64,000 nucleotides of DNA. It comes from a virus. The notes under the pieces were generated by a model, which saw nothing but the letters and a program-made list of their open reading frames with translations, was not told the origin of the DNA and did not search any database. Location of the stretch: positions 70-64,069 of the IMG/VR virus record IMGVR_UViG_2627853991_000003. One strand, written 5' to 3'. The translations under genes and the position numbers were made by a program. This document shows positions 1-7,958 of the stretch, piece by piece; position 1 is the first letter of the stretch; every line of letters starts with the position of its first letter.

Positions 1-97
1 CGTCGCTCGAACCACGCGCCTCGTCACGCCGGCATACCTTCAGCAAGATATCGCGCACATATCACCGAAAGATTTCTGTTGCGTTTCGATTGCATTT

Positions 98-135
98 GAC
101 CCTAGCCCACAAAACTGACCCTAGCCCACAAAACT
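98..135. repeat. Tandem direct duplication of the 19-mer TGACCCTAGCCCACAAAAC immediately upstream of the IS3-family orfA fragment; likely a left terminal region of the IS
   Basis: The exact 19-bp motif occurs twice back to back at 98-116 and 117-135. It starts with TGA, as IS3-family ends do. Confidence 0.4.
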
Positions 136-142
136 GTCCCAC

Positions 143-349
143 TTGGAAGTGGAAAATTTCGGCATGACGTTGTCATCGAGACCAGGAGGTCATGCCGTGA
201 AGAAGAGCAAGTTCACCGAAGAACAGATCGCCTATGCGTTGAAGCAGGCCGAGCTGGGCACGCCGGTCGCGGAGGTCTGCCGCAAGATGGGAATCAGCGA
301 CGCGACGTTTTACATATATGGACTGCTCCCAATAGCAAACGGAGGTTGA
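143..349 (+). pseudogene. IS3-family transposase OrfA (HTH) fragment, disrupted at the C-terminus
   Basis: Translation KKSKFTEEQIAYALKQAELGTPVAEVCRKMGISDATFY is typical of IS3/IS407 OrfA. The frame leaves the family pattern after FY and stops soon after. Confidence 0.7.
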
Positions 350-377
350 CGGACACGGAAGTCGATTGCGTACATAT
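318..377. repeat. 9-bp direct repeat TACATATAT flanking a 42-bp insert that breaks the IS3 orfA frame
   Basis: TACATATAT is seen at 318-326 and 369-377. orfA similarity ends exactly at the first copy. Confidence 0.35.
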
Positions 378-539
378 ATCCGGCGTCAGGGCATCGCCCA
401 GCGCCCAACTGGAATTCCGCACGTGCAGGCCTCAACAACTGGAAGACCTCAAGGGCCGTTATAAAAATCAGGTTCCCTGCTCGCCCGGATCGACCGGTGT
501 GCCACTCGTCAATTCGTCAACGCATCGTTGGTGAAGTTG

Positions 540-950
540 CTACCCTGCTTTCTGATACGACTGGCCGGTTGCGAGCATCGTCCAGATTACGCGAGCCATC
601 TTGTTCGCGATCGCAACAATGGCTCGATTAGCACCTCGTCTGGCTTTCAACGCGAGCGCCCAGGCGTGTTTCTTGTCATGTTTTGTTGGTGCGGTTCGGA
701 GTACCGCGCGAGCACCGTGTATGAGCAAGGTGCGTAGATGCCGGTCGCCTCGCTTGCTGATGCCGAGTAGGTGCGTTCGGTCTCCGCTGGAACTCTGACG
801 GGGAACAAGACCGAGCCAGGCAGCAAAGTGTCGGCCGTTCCGGAAGTCTTTTGGGTCAGAAACTGCAGCAACGATGGCGGTAGCCGTCTTGGGGCCAACC
901 CCTTCAATCTGCGCGATGCGCTGACAGGTTTCACTGGCCTTGAACACCAA
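540..950 (-). pseudogene. IS110-family transposase, C-terminal fragment (about 136 aa; N-terminal DEDD domain missing)
   Basis: Translation GVGPKTATAIVAAVSDPKDFRNGRHFAAWLGLVPRQSSSGDR...HLRTLLIHGARAV matches the IS110/IS116/IS902 transposase C-terminal domain. It is truncated where the IS3 orfB fragment begins. Confidence 0.7.
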
Positions 951-967
951 ATCGATACGTCTGTCGA

Positions 968-1314
968 AGTCCCTTCGCAGCCGAGTGAAGGCGACGATGG
1001 TTGTAAAAATCGACTAGATAATCAGTGATGTCTTGCTCTGCATGGCGGTGATCGACGTACAACTGGTCGCCGATCCATTCATTTTTGAGGCTTCGGAAGA
1101 AGCGCTCGACCACCGCGTTGTCCCAACAGTTGCCGCGCCGACTCATGCTCTGGATCGTGCCACGGGCGCGCAGCTCGGCGAGAAAGCGCGTGCTCGTGTA
1201 TTGGCAGCCCTGATCCGAATGGAACATCAGGCCTGGTGGCGGACGACGATGATCGTAAGCCCGTCTTAATGCCTTTAGTGCCAAGTCGGTGTCCGCGTGC
1301 TGACTAAACGCCCA
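968..1314 (-). pseudogene. IS3-family OrfB (integrase core, rve) internal fragment; inverted identical copy of 7408-7754
   Basis: Translation WAFSQHADTDLALKALRRAYDHRRPPPGLMFHSDQGCQYTS...WDNAVVERFFRSLKNEWI contains the DDE core. It is near-identical at the DNA level to 7408-7754 on the opposite strand. It is fused in-frame to the HNH remnant in ORF 931..1410. Confidence 0.75.
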
Positions 1315-1543
1315 CGCGCCCTGCTTGCAAACAGGGCTGACAGAGGCCGCTGTCGCGACGCAAGATGCGCTGCCTGATCTTGTCCCACGCGGTTCCGTAT
1401 CCCCGCGCATGACGATTGCCGCGCACCGCGTCGGACTTCCACTTCACCGCCTCATGGGTGTGCTGCGCGCAGTACGACTTGCCAGCCGCAACGAGTGCAC
1501 CGCATCCTCGGTGCTTACAGGGCTTCATCGTACGTATCGGCAT
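1315..1543 (-). pseudogene. Phage HNH endonuclease, 3'-truncated by the IS3 fragment; paralogue of 35787-36143
   Basis: The N-terminal 76 aa MPIRTMKPCKHRGCGALVA...LCQPCLQAGRV are about 90% identical to the intact 118-aa HNH gene at 35787..36143. Homology stops at 1315. Confidence 0.7.
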
Positions 1544-1575
1544 AGGGAAACCTCATTGCGGATTGGGCGCGTAAA

Positions 1576-1612
1576 CGAAAAAGCCCGCGAGGCTTTCACC
1601 TTGCGGGCTTTG
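1576..1612 (-). terminator. Intrinsic terminator on the minus strand (copy of 36972-37009)
   Basis: On the minus strand the RNA folds as GCCCGCAAGG-ugaaag-CCUCGCGGGC followed by UUUUUCG. A 10-bp stem with one mismatch, then a U-run. Confidence 0.55.
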
Positions 1613-1733
1613 GTCGAGCGGCCGGCGCTGATCTACGGCATGGCGTCTTAACGATCTAGGTCTGCGATGGCACCAGCACGACCGGGCTTCGCGCATCAGC
1701 CTGCGCATTCGCTCGGCGAAACATTGTACAGCG

Positions 1734-1820
1734 TGGCGTCACGGTGAGATTCGAACTCACGGGCAACCCGGTGTTGGTTTGCAGAACCACCTGGCTGCTC
1801 TATCGGTGTCAACCTTGAAC
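1734..1820 (-). other. tRNA-like element: canonical T-arm plus acceptor 3' strand (GAGTTCGAATCTCACCGTGACGCCA) with no foldable 5' half; copy of 37128-37215
   Basis: The minus-strand read ends ...CCCGTGAGTTCGAATCTCACCGTGACGCCA, with a canonical TTCGAAT T-loop and 5-bp T-stem. I could not find a matching 5' acceptor strand or a 7-nt anticodon loop. The element is conserved with substitutions in the second copy. Confidence 0.4.
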
Positions 1821-1846
1821 CTCTCAGTCACGCGACAAAGAAAAAG

Positions 1847-3149
1847 GTTCATCGCAGAAAACCGTGGAGCCTTGGAGAACGATTGCGTAACCTGACGCCT
1901 GATTTTATGGATGTCAGGAGGCGGAATTGCTCGATCGCAAGGCACTTCAGGCACTAGGTTGCTGGACAGGCTATCGGCTGGAGCGGGTGGAGTGGCCGCA
2001 GGGCGATAGCCGCACGCTGTCGCTCTACCTGAAGCCGGTCAGTCAGATCATGTACTGCGAGCAATGCGGTGCGCGTTGCCAGCAGATTCATGAAACGACC
2101 GTACGGCGGGTACGTGATCTGCCGTTGTTCGAGTACCGGGTGGTGCTGCACGTGCCTCGACGCCGAGTCTGGTGCGAACGCTGCGGCGCAGCGCGGCTGG
2201 AGAAGCTGGACTGGCTGGGCCGCTACCAGCGGGTGACGGAGCGGTTTGCCAAGGCCTGCGAGAAGTTGCTGCAGACCGCCAGCGTACAGGCCGTGGCGGC
2301 CTTCTACGATCTGGGCTGGCACACGGTCAAATCGATCGACAAGATGCGCTTGCGCGCGCGCGTGGCCGAACCGGACTGGTCGACGATCCGCTATCTGGCG
2401 ATGGACGAGTTCGCGCTCCATAAAGGCCACCGCTACGCCACGGTGGTGGTTGATCCGATCGGCCGACAGGTCCTCTGGGTTGGACCCGGACGGTCACGCG
2501 AGACGGCGCGCGCCTTCTTCGAACAACTCCCCGAAGGCGTGGCCGAGCGCATCGAAGCGGTCGCAATCGACATGACCACGGCCTATGAGCTGGAGATCAA
2601 GGAACAGTGCCCGCAGGCGGAAATCGTCTTTGACCTGTACCACGTCGTGGCCAAGTACGGTCGCGAGGTGATCGATCGGGTACGGTGGATCAGGCCAACC
2701 AACTGCGACATGACAAGCCGGCCCGCAAGGTTCTGAAGTCCAGTCGCTGGTTGCTGCTGCGCAACCGTCATAACCTGAAGCCAGAACAGGCCGTGCATCT
2801 GAAGGAACTGCTGGCGGCCAATCAGTCGCTGTTATGCGTCTATGTGCTGCGCGACGAGCTCAAACGGCTCTGGTTCTACCGCAAGCCGGCCTGCGCGGAA
2901 AAGGCTTGGGGGCAATGGTTCGAACAGGCTCAGCAAAGCGGGATCGCCGCCTTGCAAAAGTTCGCCCAGCGCTTGCAGGGTTACTGGCACGGAATCGTGG
3001 CCCGCTGCCGCCATCCGCTCAATACCAGCGTCGTCGAAGGCATCAACAACACGATCAAGGTCATCAAGCGCCGCGCTTACGGGTACCGCGACGAGCAATA
3101 CTTCTTCCTCAAGATCCGCGCCGCGTTCCCCGGGATTCCGCGATGAACC
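1847..3149 (+). mobile_element. ISL3-family insertion sequence (about 1.3 kb) flanked by target-site duplication AAGAAAAAG
   Basis: Terminal inverted repeats GGTTCATCGC at 1847 and its reverse complement ending at 3149. AAGAAAAAG is seen at 1838-1846 and 3150-3158. The uninterrupted site exists at 37231-37245 in the paralogous region. Confidence 0.8.
1927..3146 (+). pseudogene. ISL3-family transposase, split by a frameshift at about 2685-2736 into 269-aa and 153-aa ORFs
   Basis: N-terminal zinc-finger CEQCGARC...CERCG plus MDEFALHKGHRYATVVVD are ISL3 hallmarks. The C-terminal half LLRNRHNLKPEQAVHLKELL...VEGINNTIKVIKRRAYGYRD lies in another frame. Confidence 0.75.
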
Positions 3150-3189
3150 AAGAAAAAGCCCGCACAGCAAACTGAGCGGGCTTACTTTG
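3150..3189. terminator. Bidirectional hairpin terminator (copy of 37231-37270), separated from the tRNA-like element by the ISL3 insertion
   Basis: AAAAAGCCCGC-acagcaaactga-GCGGGCTTACTTTGGG has an A-run before and a T-rich run after a GC stem. A second small hairpin GGGCGC-acctc-GCGCCC follows. Confidence 0.45.
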
Positions 3190-3272
3190 GGCGCACCTCG
3201 CGCCCGACGTCGTCAATATAGCGAAACGCGGCGCGGTTTACAACCTCTTTTTATCGCGTCGTCGAACGAGCG

Positions 3273-3557
3273 CTACGCAGGCTGATGTTCCCTCAGCCAC
3301 TCGCGTAACGCATCATTCATGCGCGTCTGCCAACCTTCGCCCGTTGCCTTGAAGGCGTCGACAATGTCGACGTCATAACGCACGGTCAATTGCACCTTGG
3401 GCGCTTCGAGCGGCGGACGGCCACGCTTGCCTCGCCGCGTCATCTTCGCGAAGTCTTCCGCCGGCACTTCGAACGTGTCGGGATCGGCCGCGATGCCGCG
3501 GTTGATTGCCGCGTCTTCCTCGTCCGTCGGCATGACGATCTTACGCTTGCTCGACAT
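3273..3557 (-). CDS. brnA: BrnA antitoxin (type II TA, DUF4415/RHH-like), copy 1
   Basis: Translation ...RGKRGRPPLEAPKVQLTVRYDVDIVDAFKATGEGWQTRMNDALREWL is the BrnA signature. It is one aa different from the copy at 39565..39849. Confidence 0.85.
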   Translation of the reverse strand: MSSKRKIVMPTDEEDAAINRGIAADPDTFEVPAEDFAKMTRRGKRGRPPLEAPKVQLTVRYDVDIVDAFKATGEGWQTRMNDALREWLREHQPA

Positions 3558-3810
3558 AGCTCTTGACCTCCCGCTTGTTCGCCTTACGCATGCTGATGAT
3601 GTGCATCGAGTCGCCGCGCTACGTGAACACCACGCAATAGAGGCGATCGCCGATCACACCGAACCCGACTTCGCGCACTTCACTGTAGTCGCGTCGGTCG
3701 TCCACGTAGGACAACACGTCCGACCAGTCGAGTTGCGCTGCAAGCGCCAACGACACTCCATGCTTGGCAATGTTCGTTTCGTTCTTGGTCGGGTCAAAGG
3801 TGATGTCCAT
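3541..3810 (-). pseudogene. brnT: BrnT toxin (DUF497) inactivated by a premature stop after residue 63
   Basis: MDITFDPTKNETNIAKHGVSLALAAQLDWSDVLSYVDDRRDYSEVREVGFGVIGDRLYCVVFT then stop. The paralogue at 39833..40102 continues QRGDSMHIISMRKANKREVKSYVEQA. Confidence 0.7.
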
Positions 3811-3859
3811 GCAAATTATTGTAGTTACGGTTAATAACAATTGCAAGTATTTTTTGTAG

Positions 3860-4072
3860 CTACAGTATTTCGGGACACTTCAGCAGGCCGCGACGTTTCA
3901 GCGGCCCAAGAATCGACCGCTTCGCCTGCTGATACGTCGCGTGTGCGCCCGGAAAGGCAAACCCGCGAGGATTGGACCAGACGCGAGCACCGCATGCCCG
4001 ATTCATCTCGCTAACGCGCTTCGGCGCGCCCCTCGATTGAGGAGCGCACCGGGACCCGCCCAGCGGGAGCAA
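3860..4072 (-). pseudogene. C-terminal fragment (about 50 aa) of the phage Q-region protein whose intact copy is 40152..40595
   Basis: Translation RVSEMNRACGARVWSNPRGFAFPGAHATYQQAKRSILGPLKRRGLLKCPEIL matches the C-terminus of the 147-aa protein at 40152..40595. Homology is lost upstream of about 4020. Confidence 0.5.
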
Positions 4073-4410
4073 CCGTTCGGCTCAACGGTGTAGCCGAGAA
4101 ACGGGGTAGCGCCCGACACCACTCAGCTTTCATGAGATGGGGTCCTGCCGATGCGGACGTGGTCTGGCCGCGGCGAGGGAGCCAGAGGACGCCGGAGTTG
4201 GTCGCGACGCACATGGCGGTTCACGAGATAGCCGGATTGTCGTTCGGAGGGGAAAGCGAAGTCGGAAGTCGCGGCAGTGGCCCCATCCCATGAAAACTGA
4301 CAAGGAAGCAGATCGATTGGTGCTACGCCCTGATCGTTGCATTGAATTCGAACTACTAAATCATGAGGGGAAGCGAGGATCATAATCGTGACTCTTCGAA
4401 AGGAGATCCA
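4049..4410 (+). promoter_or_regulatory. Conserved GC-rich, probably structured non-coding leader of the tiny-ORF operon; paralogue at 53169-53528
   Basis: No convincing ORF in any frame. A long-range complementary pair GAGATGGGGTCCTGCC (4134-4149) with GGCAGTGGCCCCATC (4271-4285) encloses about 120 nt holding several local hairpins (CGGCT..AGCCG, CTGGC..GCCAG, GTCGCGAC). It is about 92% identical to the second copy. Confidence 0.35.
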
Positions 4411-4638
4411 GTGGAAGCGAAACGGAAGCTGCCGACCGTATCGGTCGAGTGGCTTGAAAACGCAGCAGCTGACCTCGAAGTCAGCGCAAACGCGAGCCGT
4501 GAGACGTGGGCGGTACTCGGCCTATCTCATCGGTACAGCGAGAACATCGGCCGCGCCCATGCAATGCGGCACGCGGCCCGGTTGAAGCTCGAATACGACC
4601 GACGCCTCTTTCTACGGTCGATCGGACTCAAGGTCTAG
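4411..4638 (+). CDS. Small conserved protein (about 75 aa from a GTG with SD AAAGGAG; the alternative ATG at 4363 gives 91 aa), unknown function
   Basis: An ORF is conserved in both copies (4363..4638 and 53481..53756). A strong SD AAAGGAGATCC lies 5 nt upstream of the GTG. Translation VEAKRKLPTVSVEWLENAAADLEVSANASRETWAVLGLSHRY... Confidence 0.4.
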   Translation: MEAKRKLPTVSVEWLENAAADLEVSANASRETWAVLGLSHRYSENIGRAHAMRHAARLKLEYDRRLFLRSIGLKV

Positions 4639-4647
4639 GAGCCGATC

Positions 4648-4779
4648 GTGAGCCAAGCCGCAAAGAACCTCCTCGAACTGCGCCGTCTGCCTCGCGGCGC
4701 GCTTGTCGAGCACCTGTTGCGCGAAGTTGCAAGCGATCTGATCGCTCAGGGCATCGAAGATCTTCGCGGAGGCTGCTGA
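4648..4779 (+). CDS. Tiny ORF (43 aa), translationally coupled to the upstream small ORF; unknown function
   Basis: SD AGGAG then GTG at 4648. Translation MSQAAKNLLELRRLPRGALVEHLLREVASDLIAQGIEDLRGGC. The paralogue at 53766..53897 shares the N-terminal 30 aa and then diverges. Confidence 0.35.
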   Translation: MSQAAKNLLELRRLPRGALVEHLLREVASDLIAQGIEDLRGGC

Positions 4780-4780
4780 G

Positions 4781-4888
4781 GTGAAGCACTTCGTGACTGG
4801 GGCTTTGGCCCTGCTGATTCTCTGGCTCGTCGTCGAGGTTACGCGTGCGATGAAGCACATCGGCCGCGACGAGCACCACGTGCACTGA
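4781..4888 (+). CDS. Possible 35-aa hydrophobic peptide (small membrane-peptide candidate)
   Basis: GGAGG then GTG at 4781. Translation VKHFVTGALALLILWLVVEVTRAMKHIGRDEHHVH has one predicted transmembrane helix. It is present only in copy 1. Confidence 0.3.
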   Translation: MKHFVTGALALLILWLVVEVTRAMKHIGRDEHHVH

Positions 4889-4914
4889 CCGACCGCGCCC
4901 GCTACAGGAGAACG

Positions 4915-5136
4915 ATGATGGGCAAACAAACCGTACTCGAAGCCTGCAACCGCGTCGCCGACGTTGCGGATCTTCCCTTCTACACCGAGCTCGTCGATGC
5001 GCTTCGCGGCGCAATGGTAGCGCTGACGGCTTCTGAGCCCACGATGAAGCACTATCCGGAAGCCGTCGCACGCCATGAAAAGGCGATCCGTGACGCTAAG
5101 TCATGCATCAAGCGAATCGATCAGGACGCCACATGA
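4915..5136 (+). CDS. Hypothetical protein (73 aa)
   Basis: ORF with an ATG start in the same orientation as the upstream tiny ORFs. No recognisable motif. Confidence 0.4.
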   Translation: MMGKQTVLEACNRVADVADLPFYTELVDALRGAMVALTASEPTMKHYPEAVARHEKAIRDAKSCIKRIDQDAT

Positions 5137-5402
5137 CCAACCGCGCCCGCCCTGCGGGCAATCAAAACCCACCGGGGACCGCGAAGATTCACATTCATGC
5201 AAATCACGAATACAACGTCCGTGAAACCCTGACATGGACCAAGCTCCAAGACGCCATCGAACGCCATGATCGCAACTACTTCGCCGGACATTGCCTCGAC
5301 GCAATCGAGCTCATGCCGTCCGGCGCCATGCAGCGCATTGAGCCGGCAGCCGATACGTCCATCGAACCTTTCGCCGCGTCGACCCATGCATACCGTCGGT
5401 AA
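5134..5402 (+). CDS. Hypothetical protein (about 89 aa)
   Basis: An ATG at 5134 overlaps the previous stop (ATGA). No recognisable motif. Confidence 0.4.
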
Positions 5403-5632
5403 TTGCGACGACACGAGACCATCATGAACAGAGTCGCTTTCGACAATGACCTACTCGCCGCGTGCGCTCGGCCGAACGGGCGTCTCGCTCGAGCTTTCGG
5501 GATAATCCTCGCCTATGGCACCACAATCGGAGGCGTATGGTTTCTCTGTGCGTCGTACCGGGCTGGCGCCCTGTAATTGCGCTCGCAGAGGCTGGACTCG
5601 CAGATCATCTCCATCTCTTTCGATTTGACAAG

Positions 5633-6213
5633 TTACCTCGGCTCCGCGCTCGCCAATCGAGCAATCCAAGCAGCCTCAAGTGCGCGAACAATCGAAACAA
5701 ATCGCTCGGCCTCATCTGGCGTTGGTCGGCCCTTAACAGAATGTGCAGCGCGATTGCGAATCTCGCGAAGTTCTCTCAAGAGCTTTATCTCGTCGTCCGG
5801 CACGAGGCACCGAGATTCGAGCTCTCGTAGTACGTCTTTGCTAATGCTCCCACTGACGATCCGTGCGTCTCTCCCGAGAATTTGAGCCATCTTAAAAAGG
5901 TCACCCCCCACCGACGTGAGTTCCTTCCATGCCTCCATGATCACGCCAGTCGGGTTCGCATTGAGCGCAATCGGGTCAGGCGTGAATTCGACGCCCCCTT
6001 CGCCGATAAAAGTAAGCTCCAATTGCCTTGCTAGATGTTCTGCGTTTTGCAACGGCGCTTCGAATTTTCCCGATATTCCCCCGGGGAGATTGAACTCCGT
6101 CAAATTGCCGAGCAACTCGCGGAATCGGTCGCTGAACTTGAACACGAGGATAAGGACGGCCAGCGGCCACGCTGTGGCCTCGATCACCTTGGATACAAAT
6201 GTCAGCCAGTCCA
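5633..6213 (-). CDS. Membrane-anchored protein with a DUF4145-like C-terminal domain (about 193 aa)
   Basis: Start is MDWLTFVSKVIEATAWPLAVLILVFKF, an N-terminal transmembrane helix. The C-terminal EIRNRAAHSVKGRPTPDEAERFVSIVRALEAAW resembles the DUF4145 RNxAAH motif. It occupies the variable slot divergent from the SPFH module. Confidence 0.5.
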
Positions 6214-6469
6214 TGTCGCACCCCGTCATCTGATTCTGTTTGCTGGAAATCCTAGCACGACGCCCCTCCCCATAGCCACGCACATTCCGGCGCTTCGGAC
6301 GCGTGGCTTTTTGTGACCAACGCAAGCCACACCGCAGTTCCCCGCCCGCCGCGCGCGGGATTTCCTCTCGGATAAGCGCGGCCTTTCGGCGGGGCGGCCC
6401 GTATGCGCGCCCCGCCATTTTTTACCGGAGATACCAATCAAAACCGCTTCGAAGCTCATCGTCGCGGCC

Positions 6470-6619
6470 GTGCTGTTTCTCGTGCTGCTGTCGATCGTCA
6501 CCCCGTGGCTGGTGAATCAGGACAGCAGCATCACCCTGCTCGCCGTGCCGTTCGTGTGGCTGGCATATGCCGCCGCCTTTGTGAAATTCATCCCCCCTCA
6601 TTTCAAGGAGACCAAGTGA
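6470..6619 (+). CDS. Small 2-TM membrane protein (about 49 aa) translationally coupled to the SPFH gene; possible NfeD-like partner
   Basis: Translation VLFLVLLSIVTPWLVNQDSSITLLAVPFVWLAYAAAFVKFIPPHFKETK. Its stop TGA overlaps the SPFH GTG (GTGA). It is conserved at 54926..55075. Confidence 0.4.
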   Translation: MLFLVLLSIVTPWLVNQDSSITLLAVPFVWLAYAAAFVKFIPPHFKETK

Positions 6620-7390
6620 AACGCCTGTTTCTGATTCTGATCCTCGCGCCGACGATGTTCCTCGCGGCCGGCTGCGACAACGTCCCGGCCGGCTACGTCG
6701 GTGTGAAGGTACAACGCTACGGCGACGACCGCGGTGTCAACGTCGAAGTGAAGGGGCCCGGTCGCTACTTCAACGGGCCCAACGTCGACATGTTCATCTT
6801 CCCGACGTTCACGCAGTCCTACGTGTGGGACAAAGCTGGCAAGTCCGACGAGTCGTTCACGTTCCAGACGGTGGAGGGCCTGTCGGTCAACACCGACATC
6901 GGCGTGAGCTACGCGATCCCGCGCGAGAACGCGCCCAAGGTGTTCCAGAAGTATCGGCGCGGAGTCGATGAGATCACGGGCGTCTACCTGCGCGCGATCG
7001 TGCGCGACGCCCTGAATCTCGCCGGCGCGTCGATGGCGGTCGAGGACGTCTACGGCAGGGGCAAGGCGGCGCTACAGCAGCGCGTCGAGGACGAGGTAAA
7101 GGCGAACGCCGCGAAGGTCGGAATCAGTGTCGAGAAGGTCTATTTCGTGAATCAGATGCGCCTCCCCGAGCAGGTCATGAACTCGATCAGCGGGAAGATC
7201 GCAGCGACGCAGATCGCGCAGCAGAAGGAGAACGAACTGCGTGCAGCCGAGGCGGACGCGGCAAAGCAAGTCGCGATCGCCAAGGGCGAGGCCGAAGCGC
7301 TCGAGGTGAAAGCGAAAGCACTACGCGAGAACAGCCAGATCCTGCAACAGATGGCGATCGAGAAATGGGACGGCAAGCTCCCCCAGTACG
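6616..7390 (+). pseudogene. SPFH/band-7 family lipoprotein, 3'-truncated by the IS3 fragment (last about 12 codons replaced)
   Basis: GTG start after AAGGAG. Lipobox LAAGC. About 98% identical to the intact copy at 55072..55884 up to ...KLPQY, then reads into IS3 orfB. Confidence 0.7.
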
Positions 7391-7407
7391 CGCGCCGCGT
7401 GGTGGGC

Positions 7408-7850
7408 TGGGCGTTTAGTCAGCACGCGGACACCGACTTGGCACTAAAGGCATTAAGACGGGCTTACGATCATCGTCGTCCGCCACCAGGCCTGATGTTC
7501 CATTCGGATCAGGGCTGCCAATACACGAGCACGCGCTTTCTCGCCGAGCTGCGCGCCCGTGGCACGATCCAGAGCATGAGTCGGCGCGGCAACTGTTGGG
7601 ACAACGCGGTGGTCGAGCGCTTCTTCCGAAGCCTCAAAAATGAATGGATCGGCGACCAGTTGTACGTCGATCACCGCCATGCAGAGCAAGACATCACTGA
7701 TTATCTAGTCGATTTTTACAACCATCGTCGCCTTCACTCGGCTGCGAAGGGACTGCCGCCAGCGCGTTTCGAAGCGCTCGCAGCCTATCCCGGAGCAGTG
7801 TCCAAAGTTGCTTGACCACTTCACTTACCCCCATTCGATGGGTAGATTGT
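7408..7850 (+). pseudogene. IS3-family OrfB 3' fragment plus right end of the IS; inverted duplicate of 968-1314
   Basis: WAFSQHADTD...FYNHRRLHSAAKGLPPARFEALAAYPGAVSKVA. The first about 345 bp are identical to the reverse complement of 968-1314. Stop at 7815. Confidence 0.7.
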
Positions 7851-7958
7851 GTCGGGACGGGGCGGAACGGACAAGAGGATTGACACCCCCAAAACGCCGC
7901 CAGATAAGGCGCCTCGGGGGATCTACGAGAATCGAGCGGAACCGCTCGGAAGGTGTTC

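Noticed and set aside
1734-1834. Complete tRNA gene (possibly tRNA-Ala UGC) on the minus strand
   Set aside because: Only the T-arm and acceptor 3' strand are canonical. There is no complementary 5' acceptor strand. The best anticodon-region stem has a 5-nt loop. There is no D-arm.
4130-4300. Possible cobalamin riboswitch (a CAGTGGC segment and a GAGCCAGAGGACGCC resembling the B12 box)
   Set aside because: The GCCACTG-like element and the B12-box-like element are on opposite strands relative to each other, and the GGTGAAAATCC/AGGGAA elements are absent. It does not fit the consensus architecture.
6303-6515. ORFs 6252..6437 (-), 6303..6515 (+) and 6226..6501 (-) in the divergent promoter region
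   Set aside because: Not conserved in frame between the two copies (copy 2 has different frames open). The region is more likely non-coding promoter sequence.
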